Shown piece by piece: positions 61,664 through 64,000 of a DNA stretch of 64,000 bases (position 1 is its first letter; the number at the start of each line of letters is the position of its first letter). Location of the stretch: positions 75,826,001 through 75,890,000 of the forward strand of contig OZ360240.1 in the NCBI GenBank assembly GCA_977017645.1, given 5' to 3'. The notes under the pieces are model-generated. The model saw only the letters and a program-made list of their open reading frames with translations. It was not told the DNA's origin and ran no database searches. The DNA comes from Torpedo marmorata. Lineage: Eukaryota. The position numbers and the translations under genes are program-made.

Positions 61664-64000
61664 TGTAATGATAGTGTGCTAGTGATCCTCCTGACCACTA
61701 GAGGGAGTCGGAGACTAGTTTGTTGCAGCTTCGGTTGGATTCAAGATGGATGCCTCACACGGTCTTGTCTGTGTGTGTTCTAGCTAATAAATATAGTTGT
61801 TTTAAACGAACCCAAGTTTCTTTATTACAATAAAAGAAACATTACATGGTACCAGGGGTGTGAATGGTGAGTGGAAGAAACACCAGGAGTGTGCAGAGTG
61901 AGAATCAGTCGATAGCATGGAGAGTGTAAAGTCTCCTGATGCTGTAAATTGGACTGGAAATGTCGACCACGAGTGGAGGTTGTTTAAACAAAGATTCATG
62001 CTGTACCTGAAAGCCATTGGAGTCAATAGCAAACCTGATGCACGGAAGATTGCACTGCTACTTACCGTGGCGGGACCTCAAGCACGAGAGGTTTTCAGTA
62101 CATTTGTTTTTGCCAAGGCAGAAGACCAGGGAAAATTCGACAAGGTTATCGAGATGTTTGATGAACACTGTTCACTAAAGAAAAATGAAACGTTCGAGAG
62201 GTACGTGTTTCGCTCATGCATGCAGCTGCAGGGAGAGAGCTTTGATATTTTTTTATTTTTATTTATTTATTTATTTATTTATTTTTTAAAATCGGACTTG
62301 AAATTAAAAGCAAGAACATGCTATTTTGGATCGCTGCAAGACTCAATGATCCGTGATGAAATTGTGTTTGAGATTATTGATAAGAAAGTGAGAGAGAGGT
62401 TGCTGTGAGAGACAGAGCTTACCTTAGCTGGAGCTGAGAAGATATGCCACGCCAGTGATTTAGCTCTGCAGCATGTCTAAAGGTTCGGTGAAAGTGCCAT
62501 AGTGTCGGGACACACACACAAACAAAAAACGAGATATAGGAAACAACAAAAAGATGGAGAGACATTCAAGTGCAAACGATGTGGCACTCAACAAAGGGCA
62601 GAATCACTATGCAAAACAATGTTTTTCCAAAGGGAAACAAAACAGAAGTAAAAGTGTGCACACTATAGAAGACACTGTACACACTATAGAAGAAACTGCC
62701 CTCAGTATTACACTTTTTGTTGGCATAGTAGTGCAGAAAGACTATAAACCAACAAACACTGAACAGCCAAGCATGAACAGAGTCGAGCAGGACAAGTGGA
62801 CTGTGTCATTGCATGCAAGTGGAACAAATATTCCTTTCAAGCTGGACACAGGGGCAAGTGTCAATTTGATCTGTGAGCGCGACATCAGGGCAATGAAGTT
62901 AAAGCCATACATCCATGCAAATCCTGTACAGCTCAAAGCCTACAATGGACAGAGCATCGACACGAAAGGTACATGTAAATTCAAGGTGAAAGTTAAAGAT
63001 AAAGAGCACCACCTCAGGTTCACAGTAGTCCCAGATGGACATGAATCACTGCTGGGTGACAAAGCATGTGAAAACTTAAGCCTAGTCAAGAGGGTGTACG
63101 CACCAGGGAAACCTATTGTGTTAGCTGATACGTTATCCAGGGAAACGACGCAGACTGAAGCACACAATGAGAGTTCCACAGAGACAGATGTGAATCTCCA
63201 TGTGAACCTGATCACTGAATCTCTTCCCGTATCTGACATGAAATCCAAACAGATCGCAGCTGAAACAGAAAAGGACACAGTTCTACAGAAGATCATCAAG
63301 AATCTGAATGAAGGATGGCCTAGAGGTGAATGTCAGCCATACTACAACATCAGAGCTGAGCTGAGTGTTGTCAATGGGCTTCTACTCAGACAGAGCAGAA
63401 TTGTCATTCCTCAATCACTGCGACAAGAGATGCTGAATAGGGTGCGTGAGGGGCACCTTGGAATGGAAAAATGCAAGAGGAGGGCCAGAACTGCTGTTTA
63501 TTGACCAGGGATAAACGCTGACATTGACAGGATGGTTTCCAGCTGTGAGACCTGTTTCAAACATCACGCAAAGCAGACAAAGGAACCCACGATAATAACT
63601 GACTTACCAGCAGAACCATGGCAGAAAGTTGGGACTGATCTGTTCCACATGAATGGAAATAATTACTTGCTGGTTATTGATTATTTATCAAACTATCCAG
63701 AGATTGCGCTGCTTCCTAATATGTCTGCTGCTTGTGTGATAAAATATATGAAATCGATCTTTGCAAGACCTGGAATTCCTCAAATTGTCTACAGTGACAA
63801 CAGACCATGCTACAGCTGTAGAGAATTCCAGAACTTTGCAGAAGAGTGTGATTTTCGACATGTGACTTCAAGTCCTCTGCATCCACAGTCAAACGGTAAA
63901 GCAGAGAAAGGAGTTCACATAGTTAAACAGTTGCTCAAGAAAGCACTAGACAGTGGCTCAGACCCGTATCTAGCTCTATTCAGTTACAGAGCTTCGCCAC
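61664..64000 (+). mobile_element. Second copy of the 37079 Gypsy family, RT/RNase H deleted, runs off the right edge
   Basis: LTR 61664-61846, PBS TGGTACCAGG; gag 61917-62408; ORF 62554-63504 joins protease to integrase Zn finger. Confidence 0.94.

Noticed and set aside
62247-62290. (TTTA)n tract in Gypsy gag
   Set aside because: Ordinary microsatellite or poly(A)-derived insertion absent from the sister copy.

Overview
Repeat-dominated, non-genic window from a vertebrate genome, most likely a cartilaginous fish (inference from the V-SINE/CR1, Rex1/Babar, L1 and Penelope mix). I found no convincing host exon. Contents: three Gypsy LTR elements, one BEL/Pao LTR element, a solo LTR, a near full-length L1, many CR1 and Rex1/Babar fragments, a pogo (DD35D) transposon, Tigger and hAT MITEs, Penelope fragments with hammerhead motifs, about 10 V-SINEs and two minisatellites, many of them nested with readable target-site duplications (TSDs). 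The most striking object is the BEL/Pao element at 29950-36779 (-). Its RT-RNaseH-integrase core is replaced in frame by a coiled-coil region containing about 100 aa that resemble host MIPOL1. Its Gag starts with an SLTM/SAFB-like SAP domain. Its primer-binding site (PBS) is complementary to its own LTR rather than to a tRNA, suggesting self-priming. The Gypsy at 1-3030 shows a similar self-complementary PBS. Family and gene identifications come from motifs and recalled sequences, not database searches. Boundaries of old fragments are approximate.
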